Below are positions 40,455 through 50,618 of a stretch of 64,000 bases of DNA, piece after piece. Made by a program: the position numbers and the translations under genes. The notes under the pieces are model-generated. The model saw nothing but the letters and a program-made list of their open reading frames with translations, did not search any database and was not told the origin of the DNA. Where the stretch lies: NCBI RefSeq assembly GCF_049075655.1, contig NZ_CP157522.1:480001-544000 (forward strand), in the 5' to 3' direction. The stretch comes from Methanothermococcus sp. Ax23 (lineage in GTDB: Archaea; AGJL01; Methanococci; Methanococcales; Methanococcaceae). The first letter of the stretch is position 1; each line of letters starts with the position of its first letter.

Positions 40455-41408
40455 TTAATCTCCTTTTAACATTCCAATTTTAGCAAGTAATGCACTGAGC
40501 TGTATTCTTTCATTTGCCCCTTCCACTATTCTAAAATCACATTCTCCAATTGCTTCAACGAGAGATACCTTTTTTCTTTCTTCAATATCTAAATTAGGAA
40601 TCTCCCTAAACATCTGTAATAGTATGTCTTCTCCACTCATTCCCCAATCAATCATTAAGTTATATAGGAGCTCTCTTGCTTCAATGAATTTGTTGTTTAG
40701 TGCGAGCTCTACCATTTTTATAATCTCATCTGGTCGTGCCTTTGATGATACTTTATAAACTACTTCATCATCGATATTTTTTGAAACTGTTGCAGCGGTT
40801 TGCAATACGTTTATAGCCTTTCTTAAATCCCCTTCTGATACATAGATTATTGCATCAATACCGCTATCATCAATGGTAATATTTTCATTTTCTGCAATTT
40901 CTTTAAGTTTTTTTATAATATCTTCCCGTTTCAGTGGTGAAAACCTAAATATAGCACATCTTGATTGTATCGGAGGAATAATACGGCTTGGAAAGTTGCA
41001 ACTAAGGATAAATCGGCATATATCGGAGTATTTCTCCATAGTTCGCCTTAATGCGTTTTGAGCATCGCTTGTAAGGGCATCGCTTTCATCCAAAAATATT
41101 ATCTTAAATGGTGCATCCCCAATTGGCTTTGTTCGTGCAAAATCCTTTACCTTTGTTCTTATTACATCAATACCTCTTTCATCCGAACTGTTTAATTCTA
41201 AAATATTGTCTCTCCAATTTTCACCAAATAAATCCCTTGCAAGACATAATGCCGCAGTCGTCTTTCCAACGCCGGGCGGACCGCTAAATAGCATATGCGG
41301 CATGGATTTCTTTTTTACATAGTTTTTAAGCCTTTTTATAATTTCATCATGCCCTGTAATTTCATCCAATGTTTTTGGACGGTATTTTTCTACCCATGGT
41401 TTTTCCAT
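40455..41408 (-). CDS. rfcS: Replication factor C small subunit, intein-free
   Basis: PWVEKYRP, GPPGVGKTT, DESD, AQNALRRTME, SRC. Confidence 0.97.
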   Translation of the reverse strand: MEKPWVEKYRPKTLDEITGHDEIIKRLKNYVKKKSMPHMLFSGPPGVGKTTAALCLARDLFGENWRDNILELNSSDERGIDVIRTKVKDFARTKPIGDAPFKIIFLDESDALTSDAQNALRRTMEKYSDICRFILSCNFPSRIIPPIQSRCAIFRFSPLKREDIIKKLKEIAENENITIDDSGIDAIIYVSEGDLRKAINVLQTAATVSKNIDDEVVYKVSSKARPDEIIKMVELALNNKFIEARELLYNLMIDWGMSGEDILLQMFREIPNLDIEERKKVSLVEAIGECDFRIVEGANERIQLSALLAKIGMLKGD

Positions 41409-41452
41409 ATTTTCACCAAATGGTTATTATAGATTATAATATTATTTTACCA

Positions 41453-42553
41453 TTATTGGAATGCATACTTTAAAACTTCACCAAATCTTGATTTTACAAC
41501 AGTTCTTTTTCCCAAAACTTTTGCATGAGCATCCAATTCAATAATGCCATAGTCATAAACTTCCTTTATTGGATGATATAATCTTGGACCGTCGCTTATG
41601 CCAATAGTTATTACATCTTTATTTATTTCTTTCAACTCTTCGATAGGAAGTGCATGGGGAACTCCTGAAACTACAACAATATCGGGATTGATTTCCTTCA
41701 AAATATCGACAGCTTTTCTCCCAGTAACTGGATATTCATCCAATCCACCAGTGATGTAATCAATTGTTATATTATTTTTTGAATATTCATTTAATATATT
41801 TTCTGCATCTTTTCTAATTTTTTCAAATCCTATGTTTTTATCTAAATTTGCTATATTTATAACATCATTTTTATTATTATGTTTATTAATCTCAATTAAT
41901 GGGTGAGCAAATAAGTATGCAGTTTCTTTTTTTGCATTTAAAACGCAGGCGATTTTTAAATCTTTATCCGCAGTTATTAAATTTATTACCTCATCTAAAT
42001 CATCTTCGTAGGTTGGTTTTAGATATCTACTTTTAGCCATACCTCTGGTTTTTTCAACCTCGGTGGCTTTTACAAGCATTTCTTTCTGCCTATTAAATTC
42101 TTTTTCATCAATTATCCCTAAACTTAAACAGCTCTCCATGGTTTTAATAGCTCCAATGGTGTTGTCATTCATTCCGCTATGAACTTCAACTGGAATAATC
42201 ACAACATCCTCATGACTCTCATAATCATCAACTGGGGCGTATAAATCTTCCCCAATTATCATACTCGGGCACGTCCCAACAATACCTATAACATATTTAT
42301 TTTTTTCCGCCTTGTTTTTCTTTAAATAATCTATTACCTCCTTTATTGCATTGCTTAATTTTTCCTGAGCTCCGAATATAAAATCATTCTCATCCATTGC
42401 TGTAGTAAAAACTCTTACTCCGTCTAGTTCTAAAAGTCTTGCAGTTCTAAAACAACAACCGCTTGGTCCGTGCATGATTATAGCATCAACGCCTATATCT
42501 CTTAATTGATACATAGATGCTGCTATTGGTGATGGTCTTGGGTGCATTATCAT
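41453..42553 (-). CDS. cfbD: Ni-sirohydrochlorin a,c-diamide reductive cyclase catalytic subunit (F430 synthesis)
   Basis: HPRPSPIAA..HGPSGCCFRTARLLE.DG, VGTC.SMIIGEDL (NflD family). Confidence 0.93.
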   Translation of the reverse strand: MIMHPRPSPIAASMYQLRDIGVDAIIMHGPSGCCFRTARLLELDGVRVFTTAMDENDFIFGAQEKLSNAIKEVIDYLKKNKAEKNKYVIGIVGTCPSMIIGEDLYAPVDDYESHEDVVIIPVEVHSGMNDNTIGAIKTMESCLSLGIIDEKEFNRQKEMLVKATEVEKTRGMAKSRYLKPTYEDDLDEVINLITADKDLKIACVLNAKKETAYLFAHPLIEINKHNNKNDVINIANLDKNIGFEKIRKDAENILNEYSKNNITIDYITGGLDEYPVTGRKAVDILKEINPDIVVVSGVPHALPIEELKEINKDVITIGISDGPRLYHPIKEVYDYGIIELDAHAKVLGKRTVVKSRFGEVLKYAFQ

Positions 42554-42622
42554 TTTATCATCCTTTTAATCTTTCTTAGAAATAACTAAAATAAAAATAA
42601 AATAAATAATGATTAAATCACA

Positions 42623-43651
42623 TTATGGCTTTAATCCGCCATATAATAGTGATTCTGTTTCATCAAATCCGGCCATTAAATTCATATTATGAACTGCCTG
42701 ACCACTTGCCCCTTTTACAAGGTTGTCTATTGCTGAAACTACAACAAGTCTGCCGTGCCTATCCACTTCAAATCCTCCAATGTCGCAGAAGTTTGAACCT
42801 CTAACTCCTGTCAATGTAGGAGCTCCCTCATCAAATATTCTTACAAATGGTTCATTTTTATAGAATTTTTCATAAATGTCGATTATCTGTTCCCTGCTAA
42901 CATCCTCTTTTAAAAATGTGTGTGCAGTTGTTAATATCCCCCTAGTAATTGGTGCAAGATGTGGTGTAAATGACAATTTTATGTTTTTGTTGGTTAGTTT
43001 TTCCAGTTCTTTCTCTATTTCTGGGCTGTGCCTGTGAGTTGTTATTTTATAAGGGCTTATGTTCTCATTTACATTTGGAAAATGGGTAGTTTCTGATGGA
43101 TTAACCCCTGCACCGCTCACACCAGTTTTTGAATCAACAATTATCCTATTTTCTATCAAATCCTCCTTTACAAGTGGGGCTAATGCTAAAATTGAGCCAG
43201 TTGGGAAGCATCCAGGGTTTGCTACAAGTTTTGCTTTTTTAATGTCTTCCCTGTGGAGCTCAGGTAATCCATATACTGCATCAAGTTTTCCCGTATGTTC
43301 TAAATTATACCACTCCTCGTATGTGGCAATATCTTCAAATCTGTAATCTCCACTTAAATCAATAATCTTCATACCTTTTTCATACAATTCGGGCACTATT
43401 TTCATTGAAGCACCGTGTGGTGTTGCACAAAATACAAAATCGGAATCAATATCCTCAGGAGGGATATTCTTAAATGTCATATTATCAAGGTTTTTGATAC
43501 ATTTCAAATTTGGATGTAGTTTTGTTATTTTTACACCATCCATTTTTCGTGAAGTGATATATTTTATTTCAACTTCTGGATGATTTGAAAGTATTCTTAA
43601 TAATTCGCTCCCTGTGTATCCTGTTCCACCAATTATTGAAACTGTTATCAT
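42623..43651 (-). CDS. argC: N-acetyl-gamma-glutamyl-phosphate reductase
   Basis: [32 protein letters not shown]. Confidence 0.96.
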   Translation of the reverse strand: MITVSIIGGTGYTGSELLRILSNHPEVEIKYITSRKMDGVKITKLHPNLKCIKNLDNMTFKNIPPEDIDSDFVFCATPHGASMKIVPELYEKGMKIIDLSGDYRFEDIATYEEWYNLEHTGKLDAVYGLPELHREDIKKAKLVANPGCFPTGSILALAPLVKEDLIENRIIVDSKTGVSGAGVNPSETTHFPNVNENISPYKITTHRHSPEIEKELEKLTNKNIKLSFTPHLAPITRGILTTAHTFLKEDVSREQIIDIYEKFYKNEPFVRIFDEGAPTLTGVRGSNFCDIGGFEVDRHGRLVVVSAIDNLVKGASGQAVHNMNLMAGFDETESLLYGGLKP

Positions 43652-43670
43652 TTAATCACCATACTGTTCA

Positions 43671-44637
43671 TTATTTTTTATCTTTTATTTCCCTTATTAA
43701 ATCAATTACACATTTAACTTTTTTATTTTTTATAATTATACTATCGGATGTTGTCACTACCTCTTTATTCATTAATATGTAATCGCAATTTTTCACACAA
43801 AAAACTTTACCATCGATATTATATTTTTCCATCAAATTTCTTATTTTTTTGGAGAACTCCCCACTTTTTGACACTTGGGCATCAAAATAAAATATTGGTT
43901 TTATATCATACTTTTTAAATAATCCCATCAACAAATTTAGAGCTCTTTCAGTATCTGAGTTAATTTTGTAATTTCCGTAAATTCCCATAAAATCCCTGTA
44001 AATTCCATCATCGCATAAAACTACATTATTTTTTAAAAGTGCTTCAATTCCAATTAATACATTATATCCATCAATATTTAGCTCCTTATTCGATAATTTT
44101 TCAATATCTATTAATTTATTTTTTACGATAAACCGCCGGGAAAGCCAACGACTTCAGTCGTTATACAAAACATAGTTTTGTAAAATCTCTTACGAGATTG
44201 GATGAGAGGCGGACATTATATCGGCTAGTAAGTAGTAAAATATAAATATATGAAGATTAGTAGTAAGTAACGCTACCAGTCCAAGTATCTATGGGTAGGG
44301 TTAGTGAAAACTCTACCGCTGGTAGTGGTTGGAAGTGCATAGCGTAGCCCTGAACCCATTAATGGGTAGGGGTAGTGGGCTTGGCCACCCGTGTAGGGTT
44401 AAACCCTACTAAAATTAGACGAAATCACTTCGTGATTTCGTTGCTCGCTTACTACCGTAAGCGAGAACCCAACGAGTTCACTCGTTGGAGTAGGTCAGAG
44501 ACAACATTCAAAGCATAATCCTTTTTATATCCTCTGTTTATCAAATATCTAAAATCCTTTTTAGCATCCTTTATTTTTACGCTAATTTCTTTATTTAGTT
44601 TAGCACCTATTTTTTCGTTTATTTCTTTATGGGACAT
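43671..44637 (-). pseudogene. DUF434-family protein gene interrupted by the element at 44127-44498
   Basis: 5' part D..YLINRGY..ALNVV (44637-44499); 3' part VKNK..IDGYNVLI..CDDGIYRD..FDAQVSKSG..TSDS (44126-43671). Confidence 0.85.
44127..44498 (+). mobile_element. Non-autonomous IS200/IS605 derivative, family 1 copy C
   Basis: Near-identical to copies A and B; TTTAC 5' flank, TCAG 3' end. Confidence 0.87.
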
Positions 44638-45236
44638 ATTTCCTCACATTCTTTACAAAATATACAAGAATATATATCAACTTTAATTATGCAGGACTTT
44701 ACATAATCAACCGGAGAAACTATTGCATGCATTGGACAAAAATCCATACAAACTAAACAATTTTCACATTTTTTAGAATCTATTGAAATTCTATCATATC
44801 CTTCTTCAATATAGATTGCCTTTTTAGGACATTTTGGAATACATAATCCACAATTATTGCATTCTTTTGTAATAATTGGAGTTTCAGGCATTGGAATTTC
44901 ATTTTTTATAACTGGTATGGCACATACCAATGCACAGTATCCACATTTTATACATTTATCCTTATCAATTGTAAATCTATCCAATAAAATGGCATTGTTG
45001 GGGCAAGCCTCAACACAAGCCCCACAATGGGAACAGATTATATTTCTAAATTTAAAAATCCTTATAGCACTTGTTGGACATACTTCGGCACACAAACCGC
45101 AAGCTATACATTCATTTAAAATTGGCTTTTCTGTTCTTTTAGATTCTTGAAATTCATCTTTTTTAAATACATTTTTAAAAATCTTTTTTAATAGGTTTCC
45201 TTTATTTAGCACCCTATTTATCCCATTATGTTCCAT
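44619..45236 (-). CDS. Polyferredoxin
   Basis: Six CxxCxxCxxxC motifs. Confidence 0.88.
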   Translation of the reverse strand: MEHNGINRVLNKGNLLKKIFKNVFKKDEFQESKRTEKPILNECIACGLCAEVCPTSAIRIFKFRNIICSHCGACVEACPNNAILLDRFTIDKDKCIKCGYCALVCAIPVIKNEIPMPETPIITKECNNCGLCIPKCPKKAIYIEEGYDRISIDSKKCENCLVCMDFCPMHAIVSPVDYVKSCIIKVDIYSCIFCKECEEICPIKK

Positions 45237-45334
45237 ATTTTCGCTCTTTATGTTTTAACATGCATATTTGCCAATTACATTTAAAACTATTTTAGATATA
45301 TTTAAATATACAAATACATATTTATAAAATAAAA

Positions 45335-45409
45335 CGCCCTGGCCGGGATTTGAACCCGAGTCACAGGAGTGACAGTCCTGTATGATAGGCCGAGCTACAC
45401 CACCAGGGC
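45335..45409 (-). tRNA. tRNA-Asp(GTC), distal copy
   Basis: Anticodon arm cagga-ctGTCac-tcctg; identical to 45667-45741. Confidence 0.95.
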
Positions 45410-45424
45410 AAATGTATAAAAAAA

Positions 45425-45542
45425 GGCTGACGGCGTCACCCTGTTCCCACCGAAAGGCAGTACTTAGGGTATCGCTGGAGGGCTTAATTTCCGAGATCGG
45501 AACGGGATCGGATGTGGCACCTCCGCTATGACCGTCATGCCA
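45425..45542 (-). rRNA. rrf: 5S rRNA, distal copy
   Basis: cggtcatagcgg..ccgatcccgttccgatctcggaaattaagcc..agtactg; ends approximate. Confidence 0.93.
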
Positions 45543-45558
45543 AAAATGTTAATCGTAG

Positions 45559-45632
45559 CGGGCCCGAAGGGATTCGAACCCTCGACCGCCTGGTTAAAAG
45601 CCAGGCGCTCTACCAGACTAAGCTACGGGCCC
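45559..45632 (-). tRNA. tRNA-Lys(TTT), distal copy
   Basis: Anticodon arm cctgg-ctTTTaa-ccagg. Confidence 0.95.
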
Positions 45633-45666
45633 AACAATTTCTATATAATCAATATAATTAATAAAA

Positions 45667-45741
45667 CGCCCTGGCCGGGATTTGAACCCGAGTCACAGGA
45701 GTGACAGTCCTGTATGATAGGCCGAGCTACACCACCAGGGC
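45667..45741 (-). tRNA. tRNA-Asp(GTC)
   Basis: Cloverleaf, GTC anticodon. Confidence 0.95.
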
Positions 45742-45756
45742 AAATGTATAAAAAAA

Positions 45757-45874
45757 GGCTGACGGCGTCACCCTGTTCCCACCGAAAGGCAGTACTTAGG
45801 GTATCGCTGGAGGGCTTAATTTCCGAGATCGGAACGGGATCGGATGTGGCACCTCCGCTATGACCGTCATGCCA
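45757..45874 (-). rRNA. rrf: 5S rRNA
   Basis: Identical to 45425-45542 at +332; ends approximate. Confidence 0.93.
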
Positions 45875-45890
45875 AAAATGTTAATCGTAG

Positions 45891-45964
45891 CGGGCCCGAA
45901 GGGATTCGAACCCTCGACCGCCTGGTTAAAAGCCAGGCGCTCTACCAGACTAAGCTACGGGCCC
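45891..45964 (-). tRNA. tRNA-Lys(TTT)
   Basis: Cloverleaf, TTT anticodon. Confidence 0.95.
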
Positions 45965-45971
45965 AATTATG

Positions 45972-46048
45972 TGGTCCGGCGGGCCGGATTTGAACCAGCG
46001 ACATGCGGATCTACAGTCCGCCGTTCTACCACGCTGAACTACCGCCGG
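45972..46048 (-). tRNA. tRNA-Tyr(GTA), CCA encoded
   Basis: Anticodon arm gcgga-ctGTAga-tccgc; C1-G72. Confidence 0.95.
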
Positions 46049-46071
46049 ATAGTGATTAATTAGATAATAAG

Positions 46072-46149
46072 TGGTGGGCCTGCCCAGATTTGAACTGGGG
46101 TCTCAGGATCCCAAATCCCAAAGGATGGACCAGGCTACCCCACAGGCCC
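46072..46149 (-). tRNA. tRNA-Pro(TGG), CCA encoded
   Basis: gggcctg acceptor stem, anticodon loop ttTGGga. Confidence 0.93.
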
Positions 46150-46171
46150 TATTATATATTCTGAAACATCA

Positions 46172-46245
46172 AGCCCCGGGGGGGATTCGAACCCCCGACC
46201 ACCTGATTACAAGTCAGGCGCTCTACCAGGCTGAGCCACCGAGGC
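46172..46245 (-). tRNA. tRNA-Thr(TGT)
   Basis: Anticodon arm cctga-ctTGTaa-tcagg. Confidence 0.95.
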
Positions 46246-46278
46246 ATTTTGTTTGCAAACTGAATAATACCCTTCTAC

Positions 46279-46295
46279 TATATAAACCTTTCGGT
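46279..46295 (-). promoter_or_regulatory. BRE/TATA promoter of the tRNA-5S operon
   Basis: Minus strand ACCGAAAGGTTTATATA, classic Methanococcus stable-RNA promoter, 34 bp before tRNA-Thr. Confidence 0.85.
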
Positions 46296-46363
46296 TTTAA
46301 TAATTTAAATTGATGAGTATATATTAAACAAATAAAAAATATGGTAAAAAATTATGATAAAAT

Positions 46364-47263
46364 TTAATCACCTCTTTTTGCAAGGAGCTCCTTCTCAGGA
46401 ATGTCTTCAATGTTGATTCCAACCATTGCCTCTCCAAGGTTTTTGCTGACTTCTGCTATTACATCAGGCTTATCGTAATTGTATGTTGCCTCAACAATTG
46501 CCTTTGCTCTTTCTTCTGGATTTCCTGATTTGAAAATACCCGAACCAACAAATACACCGTCGCATCCCATCTGCATCATCAATGCTGCATCTGCTGGTGT
46601 TGCGATACCTCCCGCTGCGAAATTAACCACTGGCAATCTTTTCAATTTTGCTACTTCATATACCAAATCTAATGGAACCTTCAATTCATTTCTTGCCATT
46701 TGGACGAGCTCCCTATCAAGACCCATTTCATAGTATCCAACAACTCTTGCAATACCTTCATTTACTGCTCTCATGTGTTTTACAGCTTCAACAACATTTC
46801 CTGTTCCCGCTTCTCCTTTTGTTCTTATCATTGCAGCTCCTTCGTCGATTCTTCTTAATGCCTCTCCAAGATTTCTCGCACCACATACAAATGGAACTTT
46901 AAATGCTTTTTTATCGATATGATTTACTTCATCAGCAGGGGTTAATACCTCACTTTCATCAATCATATCAACGCCAATTGCCTCTAAAACCTGTGCTTCA
47001 ACAAAATGACCTATTCTTGCCTTAGCCATCACAGGAATTGACACAGCATCTTTTATTTCCAATATCATTTCAGGGTCTGACATTCTTGCTACTCCACCCT
47101 GAGCTCTTATGTCTGCTGGAACTCTTTCCAAAGCCATTACCGCAGTAGCTCCTGCATCCTCAGCAATTTGTGCCTGTTCAGCATTTGTAACGTCCATTAC
47201 AACTCCGTGCTTTACCATTTTTGCAAATCCTCTTTTTAAAAGCTCTGTTCCAACTTTTTTCAT
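46364..47263 (-). CDS. pdxS: Pyridoxal 5'-phosphate synthase lyase subunit
   Basis: [43 protein letters not shown]. Confidence 0.97.
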   Translation of the reverse strand: MKKVGTELLKRGFAKMVKHGVVMDVTNAEQAQIAEDAGATAVMALERVPADIRAQGGVARMSDPEMILEIKDAVSIPVMAKARIGHFVEAQVLEAIGVDMIDESEVLTPADEVNHIDKKAFKVPFVCGARNLGEALRRIDEGAAMIRTKGEAGTGNVVEAVKHMRAVNEGIARVVGYYEMGLDRELVQMARNELKVPLDLVYEVAKLKRLPVVNFAAGGIATPADAALMMQMGCDGVFVGSGIFKSGNPEERAKAIVEATYNYDKPDVIAEVSKNLGEAMVGINIEDIPEKELLAKRGD

Positions 47264-47399
47264 AATATACCTCTTTTATTTTATATGTTATAATTTTTAA
47301 TATTCATTTTAATTATTTTTTATATATTTAACATTATCGAAATTAATCTATTAATTTATTAATTACTAATTTTATAATTCTATGATAATACACTCCGCC

Positions 47400-48047
47400 C
47401 TATTCTTCAATATGCCATCCCTCCTCTCCAATTAATGGAACAAATGCAACCTCCCCTAAATTTTTCTTTATTAATGATTTACCTCTTTTTTCCAGTAGAA
47501 TTAAATTTTGAATATACTGCCCAACAGGAGCTACAATTTTTCCCCCATCCTTTAACTGTTCAATTAATGGTTTTGGAATATCCGGACCTGCTGCGGTTAT
47601 ATATATTCTATCATATGGTGCAAGGGGTTCATACCCCAATGTTCCATCTCCACAAATCACTATTACATTATCATAACCTAATTCCCTCAATACAGTTTCG
47701 GCTTTTTCAGCCAGTTTTGGAACTCTCTCTATTGTGATTACCTGCCCGTTTTTTCCAACAATTTCGGCTACAACTGCGGCATGATAACCAGAACCTGTTC
47801 CAACTTCAAGAACCTTATGACCTTCTTTTAAATCAAGAGCTCCGCACATCATAGCCACCATGTGAATGGCTGAAATTGTCTGACCATAACCAATGTTTAA
47901 GGGTGTGTCAATATATGCGTAATCCCTGAGCTCCTCTGGAACAAACTTATCCCTCGGGACTTTTAAAAGAGCCTCAGCTACCTTTTTATCTTTTATATAT
48001 CCTTCCCTCTCCAATCTTTCCACAACTGGAATCATTTCCATTATCAT
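47400..48047 (-). CDS. pcm: Protein-L-isoaspartate O-methyltransferase
   Basis: [28 protein letters not shown]. Confidence 0.95.
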   Translation of the reverse strand: MIMEMIPVVERLEREGYIKDKKVAEALLKVPRDKFVPEELRDYAYIDTPLNIGYGQTISAIHMVAMMCGALDLKEGHKVLEVGTGSGYHAAVVAEIVGKNGQVITIERVPKLAEKAETVLRELGYDNVIVICGDGTLGYEPLAPYDRIYITAAGPDIPKPLIEQLKDGGKIVAPVGQYIQNLILLEKRGKSLIKKNLGEVAFVPLIGEEGWHIEE

Positions 48048-48066
48048 AATTTCACCTCATATCCCT

Positions 48067-49296
48067 TTACTTCTTTCCCCTCATGGCGATATATGCTCCC
48101 ACGCACACCATAAATGAAATCATGGCAGAAAACTTATACATATTGGACAATCCTACATAATCTGCAACAAATCCAAGAACTACCGCACCAATAAACATTC
48201 CAATGTTTAAGCTGGTGGTGAAAAATCCCATCGCTCCTCCCTTTTTATGATGGGGAATCTCTTTCATAGCTAGGGCATTTATAGCAGGAACATACATGGC
48301 ACCTCCAAGAGCCATAATTATCAAAGATAGGAACATATTTATGAATGAATGAGATATAGAAAGCCCATAAACCCCCAGAGCTCCGATAATCAAACCTATG
48401 TATATTATAGGATTTCCCAATTTATCATAAATTTTTCCAAATTTTCTTTGAAGAGCTCCCATAACTAAGTTAGTAGATGCTATCAAAAACCCTACATAAG
48501 CCACTCCAATGTTGTAATTCGAAGCATAAACTGCCAAATAACCTATTATACCCGCAGTAATTGCCATGTAAGATGTATTTATAATATAGGATATTAAAAA
48601 ATATTTATTCTCCAAAAACTCGAAAGATATTAACTCTTTATTGGAACTATTTCCCTTAACTACGCAATCCGAAATGTATTCATATTTTCCATCCTTATTA
48701 ACTACCACATTTTTTAATTTAAAATAGCTCACTAAAAATGCAAGAAATGCCAGAGCTCCGCAAAAATAAAATGGTGTTCTTATGCCATACCACTCTGCAA
48801 GAAATCCCCCAATAAGTGGTCCCATGGCAAATCCCAGCCCAATTGCCGAGCCAAAAATACCCATATATTCCCCAAGTTTTTCCCTTGGAGCTATGGTTGC
48901 AACATATGCACCAGCAACAGGAGTAATAAAAGAAGAAAATGCCCCATTAAATATTCTCACAAATAACAGTCCAATAACTGAGCTCACAAAGGCATACATT
49001 AATGTGAAAACACCACAAAAAAATGTTCCTATTAAAATGAATATTTTTTTACCGTATTTATCGGATAAACTTCCAATAGGAATTTGAGCAATGGTTCTTG
49101 CAATTGCAAAAGAACCAAAAATAAGCCCTATTTCAAAATTTGATGCCCCCAATTCCTTGGCATAAATTGACATAAGCGGAGCTATCAAACCAATTCCAAG
49201 CATTGTTATAAATGTTGTAATCCATAATATTATTACAATTTCCATTGGATTTACATTACTATTGTCTTTTATATTATTATGTCTATTATCGCTCAT
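48067..49296 (-). CDS. MFS transporter
   Basis: Multiple TM segments; GSLSDKYGKK motif A, GPLIGG. Confidence 0.92.
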   Translation of the reverse strand: MSDNRHNNIKDNSNVNPMEIVIILWITTFITMLGIGLIAPLMSIYAKELGASNFEIGLIFGSFAIARTIAQIPIGSLSDKYGKKIFILIGTFFCGVFTLMYAFVSSVIGLLFVRIFNGAFSSFITPVAGAYVATIAPREKLGEYMGIFGSAIGLGFAMGPLIGGFLAEWYGIRTPFYFCGALAFLAFLVSYFKLKNVVVNKDGKYEYISDCVVKGNSSNKELISFEFLENKYFLISYIINTSYMAITAGIIGYLAVYASNYNIGVAYVGFLIASTNLVMGALQRKFGKIYDKLGNPIIYIGLIIGALGVYGLSISHSFINMFLSLIIMALGGAMYVPAINALAMKEIPHHKKGGAMGFFTTSLNIGMFIGAVVLGFVADYVGLSNMYKFSAMISFMVCVGAYIAMRGKK

Positions 49297-49358
49297 TATT
49301 TGCCCATATATTAATTTTTTATTTTATTATTATTTTCTATTGAATGTAGGGAGTTATT

Positions 49359-50543
49359 TTATTTTATCCAGTTATCCAGCGTTAATTTAGGCTCATACCA
49401 TCTTATCTTTGGTGGGGTCTTCATTATTTTTCCATACTCTCCGCCACCACCGGGATAGATATATATTTTGTTTCTTCTGAATAAATCAATTGTTTTCCCA
49501 ACCTTTTCATTTATTTTTGTTAAATCTGGTATATCAACATTTGTAAGAATATTAATTTCATCATAGTATAAGTCAATATACTCCTGCCAAAGTGATTCTA
49601 CCGCCTTTGTTCCTATGTTTTTGCCAATTGAAAGGGATATAATTTGAGATAGTGGAATTATTTTATAATACGGTGGTCTAAAATCTGGATGAACGATTTT
49701 TTTATCCTTTGATAGCTCCAAAGTTCTGTCATACACACCTTTTTTAATCCTTCCACCGCATTCAGCACATTTGAAGTTCAATTTTTCAGCATCTTCAATA
49801 TGGTATCTTAAATGGCAGTTTGAACATGCCGTTAAATGATACTTTCCAAGTGCCGGGTCAAGACCGTAGTTTGCAACGATTTTATTGTTTTTTAGGGCTT
49901 TTTTTATTTCTTCAAAATTTTCTTCAATATTTCCGAGATTGCCTATTTCAATCTGGTTAAATTCCCTTCCTAATCTATGGGGGTGGAATGAATGGGCATC
50001 AGAATTACTTAAAAATGGAATATCTCTGAGCTCATCCACCATGTCCCCCATGTCAGTATCTGCGGATAAACCGAGCTCTACAAAATCCGGCTTTTTTCCG
50101 TAGCAATCGTATATTGAATTGAACGATTTATATATGCTTGTGTATGGTGTAAAAGCATGTGCTGGTCCAATGAGTCCCCCAATTTCTTTAATAATTTCAA
50201 ATAGTTCTTTACCACTTAAAACAACTCTTGGTCTTCCCTCTGTGTCAATGTTTTTGGAATATTTTTTTAAGGTATCCCTTAGTTCCTCAACTTTTGAAAT
50301 ACTTGGCAAAAAAACAAGATGATGAACACGGTTTTTATCTTCTATTTCAGTGGTTAAAAGCAAATGGTTGCTGTCATTGTATTTTTTAATCTCTTCCAAG
50401 TATTTTGGATGAAGGCAGTCCCCAGTTCCAATAATATCTAGTCCCTTTAATTTCCCGTATTTTATTATATGCTCAATATCCATATACTTTGATGTCCCCT
50501 TTGCAAATCTTGAATGAATGTGTAAATCTGCGTTTATAATCAC
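49359..50543 (-). CDS. Endonuclease Q family (PHP + Zn finger, TIGR00375-like)
   Basis: DLHIHS, GTGD, PAHAFTP, ELGLSAD, NSDAHS, LGRE, GKYHLTACSNC..CAECGG..KKGV, GGGGEYG. Confidence 0.88.
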   Translation of the reverse strand: MIINADLHIHSRFAKGTSKYMDIEHIIKYGKLKGLDIIGTGDCLHPKYLEEIKKYNDSNHLLLTTEIEDKNRVHHLVFLPSISKVEELRDTLKKYSKNIDTEGRPRVVLSGKELFEIIKEIGGLIGPAHAFTPYTSIYKSFNSIYDCYGKKPDFVELGLSADTDMGDMVDELRDIPFLSNSDAHSFHPHRLGREFNQIEIGNLGNIEENFEEIKKALKNNKIVANYGLDPALGKYHLTACSNCHLRYHIEDAEKLNFKCAECGGRIKKGVYDRTLELSKDKKIVHPDFRPPYYKIIPLSQIISLSIGKNIGTKAVESLWQEYIDLYYDEINILTNVDIPDLTKINEKVGKTIDLFRRNKIYIYPGGGGEYGKIMKTPPKIRWYEPKLTLDNWIK

Positions 50544-50618
50544 AATATCACCATTAAATTAAGAAAATTGTAAATTTAACTAAAAACACTAAAATAGAAA
50601 TAAAAATAAAATAAAAAA

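Noticed and set aside
26553-41408. Inteins in polB or rfcS
   Set aside because: Both have normal lengths and continuous motifs; absence of inteins is unremarkable
44452-44637. 61-aa ORF and 105-aa ORF (43671-43988) as separate genes
   Set aside because: They are fragments of one interrupted DUF434 gene
45335-45964. Regular repeats as a possible CRISPR array
   Set aside because: Explained by the duplicated tRNA/5S unit; no short repeat-spacer periodicity and no cas genes in the window
45860-46313. Two plus-strand ORFs
   Set aside because: Antisense to tRNA genes
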